A stretch of DNA of 61,766 bases, the filler included, from Syncephalis fuscata S228 (lineage: Eukaryota > Fungi > Zoopagomycota), in NCBI GenBank assembly GCA_025786725.1. It is 4 parts of 4 records of this genome, joined end to end, with 100 filler letters (N's around TTAATTAATTAA, not from the genome) between each part and the next. Parts side by side here need not be neighbours in the genome. Positions count along the whole stretch, not along the records: positions 1 to 15,390 come from JAHLTZ010000217.1; positions 15,491 to 31,438 come from JAHLTZ010000207.1; 2 more parts are not named here. One strand, 5' to 3'. The notes under the pieces are model-generated. The model did not search any database. It worked only from the letters and a program-made list of their open reading frames with translations, and was not told the origin of the DNA. Of this stretch, positions 11,068-23,282 are shown piece by piece (position 1 is the stretch's first letter; each line of letters begins with the position of its first letter). A program made the translations under genes and the position numbers.

Positions 11068-12237
11068 GATGCTGCGTAAATCAAATGAAAGATATGAATT
11101 GTGTTATGAATAAGCTCGAACAATGCACCGATAATGGTGTCTATTTATTAATCCGTCGTTTCGGCAAGGAGTCAACAAGACAAGGCCTTGCTAGATAGTT
11201 AAACCGGTATTTCACAAAGCAAATTATTGAAGCAGCAACGGTTTAATATTTTACCTATAAAAAGATAATTCTATTTTACGAAACAAATAGTTGCATGTTA
11301 ATCAAAGGATACATTCACAAACATTCAATGTGACTAATAGGTCATCATTGACAATGAAAATCTATTATTCTGCAATGGACTGCCATTGCATTTGGGAAAT
11401 ATGACGTCGGTGTTTATTTTAGCAACGTCCAAAATGGTCAATATTTTAATTAGCCTTTGGCTAAATTGTATTTTGACTTTTCTATTTTAAGTCCTCAAAG
11501 CAAAGTTTGTTCCAATTGAAGTCATGCTGTTATGCACAACATAATTATATTGCTTTCTAATAAAACGTTGTTAATAAATTGATTTAAACAAACAATGTAA
11601 CATACCATTTGATTTCATTAATACATTTGAGATTGATTATTATTGTTGTTGGCCATGTGTAGAAAGATTGATCGAATATTAATAAAAGCCATATGATTAC
11701 AATTTTATATCATTCCGCATTTGTTATTATTGCATCTATGTACAACATGAATTATTGCATCTAAATGATTTCTTTTATTTTCTAATCTTCTACTATTGCA
11801 TCTTAAGCATATTTGTGATGTAAGATCTGTATTAATATAATTAGTATAAAGTTGTTTATTAAACAGCTACCTTTCCTATAGCCAATCTGAGTAGATAAAT
11901 AGCATTTTGGACAATTAAATTTATAATGACAATGTATATATTAAAGCAATAATAAAGATAACTAATTAGTTACATTATTGTATCAATAATTACACATGGA
12001 TTAATTAATGTTGGATGTAATATTATACATGTTACAGCAATGAGTGAATGTTTAATGGTATTTAAAAGTGTTGAAAAAGGGGTGAAATAGGTAAATAAAA
12101 AATGAAGTCAAAGTACAATAGCTCCCTTTAAGTAAATAAAAGCATTTAATAAAGCTTGGCCAAACAAAAGTTGAGTTGCTAGCAAGTTATAGATAAATAA
12201 TACTTTATACAATATCTCAAATTCTATTTGTTTCATC

Positions 12238-13419
12238 ATGGTACGCCCGGTGACGATTCTTGAGATTGAGCTGACCTTTCTGCTTCCTGGCTTATTCGTC
12301 TATTCATTGACGTTTGCAATTCATGTGCGTAATTCCATCCATTCTCTGTTTCTCTTGTATGATTTTTACAAAAAACAAAGAGCAACAAGATCGTTTTATC
12401 TATCACAGGAGCAGGCATCCAATCTGCGTAATCAGCTAGCGTTACATGGATGCCCACTATCCAACAATTTGAAAAAAAGAGCTGGCGTGCTTTACGATGA
12501 ATGTGGATCAAAAATCCAAGACCGAACACGACGATTTCCATTGGCAGTATTTGCAAGACGCAACATAAATCGTACTTTTCCTTACATCTTTGTTATCGCG
12601 CTGGTTCAAGCGTTAGGTGGCGCTTGTCTAGCGTTGGTGGCCATAATATACCTTATGTTTTTACCAACAAACTGTATCTTACGTGCCGTTCTTACTGGAC
12701 TGTTTTTTGAAATCAATTCTATAGGACTAGATCTGATTTTAGCAACTAAAGCGTATCTGGTTAACCAGAAATATCTATATCAAGGCTCTTCCACCACACC
12801 ACCACGTTGGTGTAAGTGGATAGGGGTATGCATGCCGATTCAGGTGTATAGTATTACCCGATGGATTCTCTCAATTGGAGTTTTATTGTTATTGACCAAG
12901 CACGGTGTTACAATTGCCACGTTTTCACTTTTTAACGAATACAATCTGATATATGACGGTGGCTGTGCTGCTGTATTTTACCCACCACCGTTTATAGTTG
13001 CCATTGTTTTAGATGCTTCAGTTTCCTTATTTTTTGGAATAGTGTTCTTGTTTGCTTTAGCCGCACATATAAGGCGTATTAAGCAGAATGTCGAAGCAAC
13101 AGGCGTGCTTTCCATCTACCACGGATTACTTCAAAATGACTTGCTTCAACTGACTGTATCTGCCGTAGGCTCAGTTACGGTCATTCTCATTTATTCACTA
13201 GTCAACGTCACCGGTAATCTAGCATTATTTTACCCAATCGTATTGTCTCGTAAGTAGCATAAAGACTGTACTAGCTATTATAGCAGACATTTTTTAACAT
13301 TAAACACAGATGCTGTTGCTGGTTTTTTTACAATAGAGTCGCTTAAAAGCGGTGTAAGAACACGGCGCCATCTTACTCGACGACGCGGTAATGCGGATTT
13401 TGTCACGCTTCACCTGTAA
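12238..13419 (+). CDS. Multi-pass (7TM-like) membrane protein; intron 13250-13309
   Basis: Several hydrophobic helices; the GTAAGT..ACAG intron splices in frame to HAVAGFFTIESLK...LHL*. Confidence 0.75.
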
Positions 13420-13918
13420 TATTAAAACAAATATCATTTAATAATATGCGAATAACATAAATATGCAGTTAAATGTCGAAAAGACTACGAATTTAGTCAT
13501 TTGCACGCCTATGAACTAACAGTGATGCTATCTATTAGAGTAGCCAAACGGTCTATGTGACTCATAGTAAAGCAGTATAATTTTTTTATCAGATTACTGT
13601 TGCATGCTCTTAATGAGCAATTGATTAATATTGATAAAGTTAGCCCAGCAGTACAATACAATAAAATATCACAGACCTACAGCTGCTAAATAACCATCAA
13701 TATTTGCTAAATTTAACCTAATTAAGCAATCCATTTTGATCACTGCAGCTAAGGCATTACCTCCTTTGGAAAGATGCCACGCCTTTTGCGTGGATTTGAA
13801 TAAAGACCTGGGTCCTAAAATAAAATGCTTATTCAATCTATACCTTTTCTTTTTATGTATTCACCTGGCTATTTCGCCTTCTCAATAATTCACAAGTAGT
13901 AGTGCCCTGACTGCCGCC

Positions 13919-14694
13919 ATGCTAAGCTATTTAACGATAATATCGTTACACACTGTATGTAGTGTTATATTTAATTCGATAATATACTATAAACCGTCCG
14001 AAGCCATTCGATTACATGTCGGTGCTGTTGGCGGGTCTGACTGCGGTCCTGAGTGCTATGTTCCTGTTATTATCGGCTTGTTAGCCTTAATCTCTATCAG
14101 TACTGTTGCAAAACATTATCTCCGAAAGTACCGCGAGTCTAAAGCACAGCCTACTGTTGCATCGGCCAACGAGATGGGTCAGCAGCAGCAGCCTGTTGTT
14201 AATAGCTCGCCTAATACAACAGTACAGAATAATGCAGTATTTGTCCAGCCCGCTGGAGCTATGGGATTACAGCAGCAACAACCCGTGTATTACCAGGTCG
14301 TCAGTAATGTGAATCAACACCAGTATCAATCTCATGTAACTCAGCCCATACCGCAACAATCTACTGCGATGATGTACGCAGCCGCTACTACAGTCGGTGG
14401 ACCTAGCTATCCAGCGGCAAGTTATCCAGCATCCAATCCTCAAATGCAGCCTGTAGTACATACCTCCAGTCCTATTGTTTCCCTATGCTATACCCTACTG
14501 TAAGAGATAGCACTGATCATGCATCACATCAAGCAGCCTATAGCAATTCCGCTGCACCAATTGTAAATAGTATCTCGGTACATGATGCTGGTAAAGAGCC
14601 TCAACCAGGCGTGTCAGCTCCCGTTCCACCACCTCCAGAGTTTACTTCAGCTAATTACTCTGAAATACCTCTCTCGACGGCCACGCCACAATAG
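13919..14694 (+). CDS. Putative single-pass membrane protein with Q/P-rich tail (exon structure uncertain)
   Basis: TM segment YVPVIIGLLALISISTVA followed by a basic patch, low-complexity Q/P/Y region and a PPPPEF tail in the downstream ORF. Confidence 0.6.
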
Positions 14695-15149
14695 CGATTG
14701 ATCATTTGATCAACTATTTAATCTGTAGCGTGGCAAAAATACCGTATTATTTAAACAATTTAATTAATTAGTGCCATTAAAGCCATATTGGTTGATATCA
14801 GTCAGCCAATCCTTCCTACACGCTTATTCATTTCCACAATTATAATCATTGAATTATTCATATTCCTGTGCTAGTTTTTGCTTACATGTAAATAGCTATT
14901 TAGCTGAATAGTTCCTACTAAATAATAAATAATATTACATTTTCAATATAGTAAGGATGGTTTTATTTAGCGCTTATCAATAAAATTGTAATTATTTTAA
15001 GATGAAAGAGTGCAATTTATTATTTCAAATAAACAGTGCCATTTAATAGTATTTTTAGCAATCATCATAACATAACACACAATAGGACCAATTTTTATAA
15101 TTTCTCTTTATTTTACTATTTTTTCGCTTCATTTACGTGATTGTTCAGT

Positions 15150-15390
15150 ATGGCGTCGATCGTTCGTCATTTAACACAAGTGAATGCCACGTTTCCTTCT
15201 TTGAATCGTACAGGTAAATCATGTCGGTAAGCTAGCACAGCATTGCAACGCATGCCTACAAAGCATTATTCTAAATCTATTGCAAATAGCGTGTTTTTGA
15301 CACGGATTATGACAGACGAAGCACGAAGCGAGAATCCAAAGTGTAAATTCCAAGTAAACGTAGTCGATGATTTGAAGCAACTACCCAAAC
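15150..15390 (+). CDS. Mitochondrial ribosomal protein mL53-like, 3'-truncated by contig end; intron 15227-15289
   Basis: Spliced translation MASIVRHLTQVNATFPSLNRTGKSCRVFLTRIMTDEARSENPKCKFQVNVVDDLKQLPK resembles the mL53 family (R-x-FL...NPKC). Confidence 0.7.
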
Positions 15391-15490
15391 NNNNNNNNNN
15401 NNNNNNNNNNNNNNNNNNNNNNNNNNNNNNNNNNTTAATTAATTAANNNNNNNNNNNNNNNNNNNNNNNNNNNNNNNNNNNNNNNNNNNN
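15391..15490. other. Artificial contig linker
   Basis: N44-TTAATTAATTAA-N44, stops in all six frames. Confidence 0.98.
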
Positions 15491-18257
15491 AGTAAAACAC
15501 TTATATACTAGGACAAATGTTGTGCATTTTTGTCAAAAACATATCTTTACTGCTTAAGATAGCCATTGCTACTTTTTAACGACTCTATATCTTTTATGTT
15601 TTATGTTTTCTACTTTCTAATCTATTGGTGAAAGAATAGCTACAATTTAATTACGCCAAAAATTGTTACCTGAATCTGACAATTTTTATACCACTTACCT
15701 TTTTATTCAATATGAAGAGCAGTTTTATTTTGCTTGCAGCTATTGTTCTTGCTGCACAAAGCGTTGCTGCTCGCCCTAATGCTGCAAACGGCGACTGTGG
15801 ATTTGCTACTTTGAACTGTGTCCGTAACACTAAAAATTGTGGTGTAACTGACCAATCTTTAAAAGTTAACGGCTCATGTGTTAATACTATCAAAATCTCT
15901 TTTATTCATAACTTTAAGTGCAATATTTTGCATCCTATTTGTTGTGGTATAAACCAATGTAAAGCAACAGAAACGGCTCAAATACCTCCACGTGTACCAA
16001 CGCTACCTGTGCCAGCCCCATCAGCTCCAACTGTTGGACCGGTAAAGCAGCCGACTCCAGTGACAACATCAACTCCAGTTCTACCTGTGCCGACCCCATC
16101 GACTCCAATTGTTACTCCTCCTGCAAATGAAAACTGTGGATCTGTTGTTTTGGGCTGTTTCCGTGACACTGTAAAATGCGGTACACTTGAACAGCCTTTA
16201 AAAGTTAACGACGTATGCGTTGATACCATCCAGGTTTCTGCCACTCATAAGCTTAAATGTGCTGCCTTGCATCCTATCTGTTGTAGATTAAACCGCTGTA
16301 TAGTGAGAGAAATTACTCAAACATCTCGACGTGTGCCAACGCTACCTGTGCCAGCCCCATCAGTTCCAACTGTCGAACCAGTAAAGCAACCCGTGCCAGT
16401 AACAACAACAACTCCAGTTCTACCTGTGCCAGCCCCATCAGTTCCAACTGTCGAACCAGTAAAACAGCCGACTCCAGTGACAACATCAACTCCAGTTCTA
16501 CCTGTACCGACCCCATCAACTCCAATTGTTACTCCTCCTGCAAATGAAAACTGTGGATCTGTTGTTTTGGGCTGTTTCCGTAACACTGTAAAATGTGGTG
16601 TACTTGAGCAGCCTTTAAAAGTTAACGGCGTATGCGTCAATACCATCCGAATTTCTGCCGTTCATAATGTTAAATGCGCTTCCTTGTATCCTAGTTGTTG
16701 CGGTATATACCGCTGTAAAGCAACAGAATTTTCTCAAACACCTACAAGTGTATCAACGCTACCTGTGCCAGCCCCATCAGCTCCAACTGTCGAACCAGTA
16801 AAGCTACCTGTGCCAGTAACAACAACAACTCCAGTTCTACCTGTGCCAGCCCCATCAGTTCCAACTGTCGAACCAGTAAAGCTACCTGTGCCAGTAACAA
16901 CAACAACTCCAGTTCTACCTGTGCCAGCCCCATCAGTTCCAACTGTCGAACCAGTAAAGCAACCGACTCCAGTGACAACAACAACAACTCCAGTTCTACC
17001 TGTACCGACCCCATCGACTCCAATTGTTACTCCTCCTGCAAATGAAAACTGTGGATCTGTTGTTTTGGGCTGTTTCCATAGCACTATAAAATGTGGTACA
17101 CTTGAAGAGCCTTTAAAAGTTAACGGCGTATGCGTCGATACCATCCAGGTTTCTGCCACTCATAAGCTTAAATGTGCTGCCTTGCATCCTATCTGTTGCG
17201 GTTTAAACAAATGTAAAGTAACAGAAATTTCTCGAACACCTCGACGTGTGCCAACGCTACCTGTGCCAGCCCCATCAGTTCCAACTGTCGAACCAGTAAA
17301 GCTACCTGTGCCAGTAACAACATCAACTCCAGTTCTACCTGTGCCAGCCCCATCAGTTCCAACTGTCGAACCAGTAAAGCAGCCGACTCCAGTGACAACA
17401 TCAACTCCAGTTTTACCTGTGCCAACTCCATCAACTCCAGTTGTTACTCGTCCTCCTCCTGCAAATGCAGACTGTGGATCTGTTGTTTTGGGCTGTTTCC
17501 GTAACACTGTAAAATGTGGTGTACTTGAGCAGCCTTTAAAAGTTAACGGCATATGCGTCGATGCTCTCCAGGTCAATGCCATCCATAATCTTGGATGTGC
17601 TGCCTTGCATCCTATCTGTTGCGGTTTAAACCGCTGTACAGCAACAGAAATTTCTCGAACACCCCCACGTGCATCAGTGTAAACATTGACCCCTGCTATT
17701 GCTACGCCGAAGCCATCAATCTAATGACTTCTAAACCATTATAAATGCCAAATTCAGTTATTTCTACATTTATAGCATAATATTATATCACTCGTAGGCC
17801 GGTGATAATATGAATTTCAGTTATAATAAACTAATGTTATTATTAATTTGATCATTTCCAAGTCAATTCTAATTTTATGTCAGTGATTTTATTTAGTTAC
17901 ATCAGCGTCAGCTTTTGTGTGCACGTTAGTACCGGTCCCTAAACTTGATGGCTATACTTACAATTCCTATTTGATAAAGCTCATACTTATAGTGTCGCTT
18001 ATTAACTATACATGCAGTTTATATTATGCACTAAACCGTAATAAACATTTGTTTTATTGAACATGGGGATGGATGGTGAATGACATCAAGTTCAAAATAC
18101 TCGTCATCATAGATTCATTATCTAGTATGCATATATTCATCATTTACCTATATAACCATTACAATATATAATTATTATAAAAAAATTGATACAATAAGTT
18201 ATTTTTTATTAATTCAATAAAAAGCGACACTAGTTTACTGCATTCCCATATTTAGTA
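15491..18257 (+). repeat. Tandem segmental duplication, copy 1 (copy 2 at 20214-22819)
   Basis: Upstream region, gene and ~570 bp of 3' flank are near-identical between copies. Confidence 0.93.
15712..17682 (+). CDS. Secreted protein with five 8-Cys domains and P/T/V-rich linkers, 656 aa
   Basis: Signal peptide MKSSFILLAAIVLAAQSVAA; repeated C-x6-C-x6-C-x12-C-x13-C-x6-CC-x4-C; PVLPVPAPSVPTVEPVK repeats. Confidence 0.92.
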   Translation: MKSSFILLAAIVLAAQSVAARPNAANGDCGFATLNCVRNTKNCGVTDQSLKVNGSCVNTIKISFIHNFKCNILHPICCGINQCKATETAQIPPRVPTLPVPAPSAPTVGPVKQPTPVTTSTPVLPVPTPSTPIVTPPANENCGSVVLGCFRDTVKCGTLEQPLKVNDVCVDTIQVSATHKLKCAALHPICCRLNRCIVREITQTSRRVPTLPVPAPSVPTVEPVKQPVPVTTTTPVLPVPAPSVPTVEPVKQPTPVTTSTPVLPVPTPSTPIVTPPANENCGSVVLGCFRNTVKCGVLEQPLKVNGVCVNTIRISAVHNVKCASLYPSCCGIYRCKATEFSQTPTSVSTLPVPAPSAPTVEPVKLPVPVTTTTPVLPVPAPSVPTVEPVKLPVPVTTTTPVLPVPAPSVPTVEPVKQPTPVTTTTTPVLPVPTPSTPIVTPPANENCGSVVLGCFHSTIKCGTLEEPLKVNGVCVDTIQVSATHKLKCAALHPICCGLNKCKVTEISRTPRRVPTLPVPAPSVPTVEPVKLPVPVTTSTPVLPVPAPSVPTVEPVKQPTPVTTSTPVLPVPTPSTPVVTRPPPANADCGSVVLGCFRNTVKCGVLEQPLKVNGICVDALQVNAIHNLGCAALHPICCGLNRCTATEISRTPPRASV

Positions 18258-19630
18258 GGGGAATTTAGGAAAATACACCATTTTTAAATTTTACCATAAT
18301 AAATTTCTTTTTTTAAATTTACTAAATTTATTTATTAATTAAGCCCTTTTTTATTTGCCCCACACTTCGTTTTTTGTAATGAGGTTTATCACAGACTAAA
18401 CATTGTTTAATGGAACGCTTTATTTTTTGATAGCTGTTTCATTACTAGTTTGTATTTGTTCAATAATAAACGTTTATTACAACAGCAACTACTGTTTCAA
18501 TACTATTAGTGCTATTTTACACAGCATATTTTTGTATTGTGTTTTTTAAATGTATTTACCACAGGTATATTGTTGAAAGGCTTTTAACAAATAAATACGA
18601 TTGGCATTGCTGATAATATTGCTACAATCAACTAAATTACATACATAAGCAAAGGTTTAAATTAAAATTGTTGCATTTATTGTGATTAAACTTTTCCCAT
18701 CAGGCAATTTTTAGCTTTGTAACATTTATTATTCAATAGTATTGTAAATACATAATACTGTTACTCAATAATAATAATAAAAATGCCTTTTATAATTCAG
18801 TTCATTTTAATTTATTATCAAGGTTTATACAGTTACAACTTTTGTTATAAACATGCTAATTTGAGCTATTGTTATAAGTTAGGCATTCAATACTAATAAT
18901 GGGTTTTATTAAATTGATATTAAACATCTGACTAAGCTACTATTTCTATTTATTTCAACTTTAGCTGTTTGTCCGAAGCTACATCATTTATTACTAGTGT
19001 TGTAACAATGTCATTTTTATCAAATTAAAAGCAAATCAAGCTTTGTAATAAGAAATAATAGCATCTGTTAAGCTGTTACAATTGCTAGTGTATATTGAAC
19101 AATTAAATATGTACTTACCTTAATGCTTTAGTTGTACATTTTTTGGTTTTATATTTGAGAATGTAGCAACATTATATGTAATAGATTTAGTAATAGATTT
19201 AATAGTATTATTATCAGAATTATATGGACAGTCATCAAAATGCTCAAGATTGTATTGAACAATCTTTACCAAGCCAGTTTTCTGCTTTCTGGCAGTCAAG
19301 ACAAACTGACACTTGCTGTAATTGTCTTTATGAAAACAAATAAGCTGTAATATTTTTAAATCGATATTTTCTCTTAAAATTGCAATTGCTGGCAAGCTTA
19401 AACTCGTTAACGGCAATTCTCAGTTCTTTAATACTGGTAAACATAGCTTTTTAAATAGTTTGGTAGACATTGTGGAAATTTTTCAAATAATTTATTTCAA
19501 TAAATAAAATTTAAAAATAATACATTTTACTAATAAATAAATTTAAAAAATTTAAAAAGAAAATTTATTATGATAAAATAAAAAACGGTATATATTTTAA
19601 ATAAAAACCTGTGTATTTTCCAATTTCCTC
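18258..19630. mobile_element. Decayed Mutator-like (MULE) DNA transposon
   Basis: Imperfect ~90-110 bp TIRs (GGGGAATTTAGGAAAATACAC.. versus reverse-complement GAGGAAATTGGAAAATACAC..); internal remnant CQFVLTARKQ..VKIVQYNLEHFDDC (19120-19416, -) resembles the MuDR-type Zn-binding DNA-binding domain; no clear TSD. Confidence 0.6.
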
Positions 19631-20213
19631 ATTAAAATACTGTGCAATTACTCAAGTTTCGGTAATACCAAAAGCTTAGGCCTAGCTTCATCTATAAATA
19701 TACCAATTCATATTAACCTGTTTATTCCTGTATTTTTTAGAACATCACGTTTTCACAACTACATTAATGATAAAAATTTTACTGTTGTATTTACAGCACT
19801 TCGCTTTGAATACTTACATTTGTTGGGTATTATTGAACGCTTTCAATAATAAGATTAAGTCGGAATAAAATGTTGCAGGTTCTTCTATTTGCAACAATAA
19901 ATATATTTTTAAATGTATAACAGATAATTAAAATGCTAAAAAGCCTAAGGATTGACTTGCTCGGTTAACAAAATGCCGGTGTGGCCTTACATAAATGAAA
20001 AGCACTAAACAGGCATGACAAGAATCAGTACCTTTTTAATCAGAGAATACTGCACCAGAATTCTAATAATGTGGAAAATATCCTAATAAGGCAATAGGCA
20101 TTACACCTTATTACATTGGTAAACGTGAATCTTTTTGTCTCAGCGTCCAAGGCCATGATTGGAACGTTTATTCAAAGCAGTGATATCAAGCAAAAGGGCA
20201 GATACGACTAAAA

Positions 20214-22819
20214 AGTAAAACACTTATATACTAGGACAAATGTTGTGCATTTTTGTCAAAAACATATCTTTACTGCTTAAGATAGCCATTGCTACTTTTT
20301 AACGACTCTATATCTTTTATGTTTTATGTTTTCTACTTTCTAATCTATTGGTGAAAGAATAGCTACAATTTAATTACGCCAAAAATTGTTACCTGAATCT
20401 GACAATTTTTATACCACTTACCTTTTTATTCAATATGAAGAGCAGTTTTATTTTGCTTGCAGCTATTGTTCTTGCTGCACAAAGCGTTGCTGCTCGCCCT
20501 AATGCTGCAAACGGCGACTGTGGATTTGCTACTTTGAACTGTGTCCGTAACACTAAAAATTGTGGTGTAACTGACCAATCTTTAAAAGTTAACGGCTCAT
20601 GTGCTAATACTATCAAAATCTCTTTTATTCATAACTTTAAGTGCAATATTTTGTACCCTATTTGTTGTGGTATAAACCAATGTAAAGCAACAGAAATAAC
20701 TCAAATACCTCCACGTGTGCCAACGCTACCTGTGCCAGCCCCATCAGCTCCAACTGTTGGACCGGTAAAGCAGCCGACTCCAGTGACAACAACATCAACT
20801 CCAGTTCTACCTGTGCCGACCCCATCGACTCCAATTGTTACTCCTCCTGCAAATGAAAACTGTGTATCTGTTGTTTTGGGCTGTTTCCGTGACACTGTAA
20901 AATGCGGTACACTTGAACAGCCTTTAAAAGTTAACGGCGTATGCGTTGATACCATCCAGGTTTCTGCCACTCATAAGCTTAAATGTGCTGCCTTGCATCC
21001 TATCTGTTGTAGATTAAACCGCTGTATAGTGAGAGAAATTACTCAAACACCTCCAAGTGTACCAGCGCAACCATCAACTCCAGTTCTACCTGTGCCAAGT
21101 CCATCAGCTCCAACTGTCGAACCAGTAAAGCAACCCGTGCCAGTAACAACAACAACTCCAGCTCTACCTGTGCCAACTCCATCAGTTCCAACTGTCGAAC
21201 CAGTAAAGCTACCTGTGCCAGTAACAACAACAACTCCAGTTCTACCTGTACCAAGTCCATCTGTTTCAACTGTTGAACCAGTAAAGCAACCCGTGCCAGT
21301 AACAACAACAACTCCAGCTCTACCTGTGCCAACTCCATCAGTTCCAACTGTCGAACCAGTAAAGCTACCTGTGCCAGTAACAACAACAACTCCAGTTCTA
21401 CCTGTGCCAGCCCCATCAGTTCCAACTGTCGAACCAGTAAAGCAACCGACTCCAGTGACAACAACATCAACTCCAGTTCTACCTGTACCGACCCCATCGA
21501 CTCCAATTGTTACTCCTCCTGCAAATGAAAACTGTGGATCTGTTGTTTTGGGCTGTTTCCGTAACACTGTAAAATGTGGTACACTTGAACAGCCTTTAAA
21601 AGTTAACGGCGTATGCGTCGATACCATCCAGGTTTCTGCCACTCATAATCTTAAATGTGCTGCCTTGCATCCTATCTGTTGCGGTATAAACCGCTGTACA
21701 ACAACAGAAATTTCTCGAACACCTCAACGTGTGCCAGTTCTACCTGTGCCAACTCCATCAGTTCCAACTGTCGAACCAGTAAAACAGCCGACTCCAGTGA
21801 CAACATCAACTCCAGTTCTATCTGTGCCAACTCCATCAGTTCCAACTGTCGAACCAGTAAAGCTACCTGTGCCAGTAACAACAACAACTCCAGTTCTACC
21901 TGTGCCAGCCCCATCAGTTCCAACTGTCGAACCAGTAAAGCAGCCGACTCCAGTGACAACATCAACTCCAGTTTTACCTGTGCCAACTCCATCAACTCCA
22001 GTTGTTACTCGTCCTCCTCCTGCAAATGCAGACTGTGGATCTGTTGTTTTGGGCTGTTTCCGTAACACTGTAAAATGTGGTGTACTTGAGCAGCCTTTAA
22101 AAGTTAACGGCATATGCGTCGATGCTCTCCAGGTCAATGCCATCCATAATCTTGGATGTGCTGCCTTGCATCCTATCTGTTGCGGTTTAAACCGCTGTAC
22201 AGCAACAGAAATTTCTCGAACACCCCCACGTGCATCAGTGTAAACATTGACCCCTGCTATTGCTACGCCGAAGCCATCAATCTAATGACTTCTAAACCAT
22301 TATAAATGCCAAATTCAGTTATTTCTACATTTATAGCATAATATTATATCACTCGTAGGCCGGTGATAATATGAATTTCAGTTATAATAAACTAATGTTA
22401 TTATTAATTTGATCATTTCCAAGTCAATTCTAATTTTATGTCAGTGATTTTATTTAGTTACATCAGCGTCAGCTTTTGTGTGCACGTTAGTACCGGTCCC
22501 TAAACTTGATGGCTATACTTACAATTCCTATTTGATAAAGCTCATACTTATAGTGTCGCTTATTAACTATACATGCAGTTTATATTATGCACTAAACCGT
22601 AATAAACATTTGTTTTATTGAACATGGGGATGGATGGTGAATGACATCAAGTTCAAAATACTCGTCATCATAGATTCATTATCTAGTATGCATATATTCA
22701 TCATTTACCTATATAACCATTACAATATATAATTATTATAAAAAAAATTGATACAATAAGTTATTTTTTATTAATTCAATAAAAAGCGACACTAGTTTAC
22801 TGCATTCCCATATTTAGTA
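20214..22819 (+). repeat. Tandem segmental duplication, copy 2
   Basis: Matches 15491-18257. Confidence 0.93.
20435..22243 (+). CDS. Secreted protein with four 8-Cys domains and P/T/V-rich linkers, 602 aa (paralog of 15712-17682)
   Basis: Same termini as the paralog, different internal repeat number. Confidence 0.92.
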   Translation: MKSSFILLAAIVLAAQSVAARPNAANGDCGFATLNCVRNTKNCGVTDQSLKVNGSCANTIKISFIHNFKCNILYPICCGINQCKATEITQIPPRVPTLPVPAPSAPTVGPVKQPTPVTTTSTPVLPVPTPSTPIVTPPANENCVSVVLGCFRDTVKCGTLEQPLKVNGVCVDTIQVSATHKLKCAALHPICCRLNRCIVREITQTPPSVPAQPSTPVLPVPSPSAPTVEPVKQPVPVTTTTPALPVPTPSVPTVEPVKLPVPVTTTTPVLPVPSPSVSTVEPVKQPVPVTTTTPALPVPTPSVPTVEPVKLPVPVTTTTPVLPVPAPSVPTVEPVKQPTPVTTTSTPVLPVPTPSTPIVTPPANENCGSVVLGCFRNTVKCGTLEQPLKVNGVCVDTIQVSATHNLKCAALHPICCGINRCTTTEISRTPQRVPVLPVPTPSVPTVEPVKQPTPVTTSTPVLSVPTPSVPTVEPVKLPVPVTTTTPVLPVPAPSVPTVEPVKQPTPVTTSTPVLPVPTPSTPVVTRPPPANADCGSVVLGCFRNTVKCGVLEQPLKVNGICVDALQVNAIHNLGCAALHPICCGLNRCTATEISRTPPRASV

Positions 22820-23282
22820 ATATAAATTAACTAAATCTTTCCACGGTCCTGTACTTTAAATAAACTTTTCTTTATATTACTGTCGTTATTTTTCATTTAT
22901 ATAAAATATAACTATGTAATCAAATACTCTCTATTAAGCAATAAAAAAAATTTTGGTACTATTTTTATATGCATTTATGTGCTTTATAATTGTTACTTTA
23001 ATTTTATTGTGACATTATAATTAATTACAAATGGTCAATTTTTTCTTTTTTACTCAATTGAATTTATTTCTCTGTTTATTTCCGTGTTAACAATAAATAC
23101 ATAAAACTATTTTTGCTTAAGCCTTTTAATAGCTTAAAATAAAATTTTCTTTTTTGTTTATAAATTGCCAAATAATCAACACAGTAACTTAAATGATATT
23201 GATTAAAAAGTAGGCTACATATACTAAATAAATCATTTCCATTTTATTTAAATAAATTGACTATATAAAATATTTATTAAAA

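Noticed and set aside
13753-13795. Two small hairpins (GGCAT..ATGCC; CCACGC-CTTTT-GCGTGG) upstream of the 13919 gene
   Set aside because: Too short to assign to any ncRNA family without a covariance search.
15435-15446. TTAATTAATTAA palindrome within N runs (three times)
   Set aside because: Synthetic six-frame-stop linker, not biological.
15978-22143. Minus-strand ORFs over the Cys-repeat genes
   Set aside because: Antisense shadows of repetitive coding sequence.
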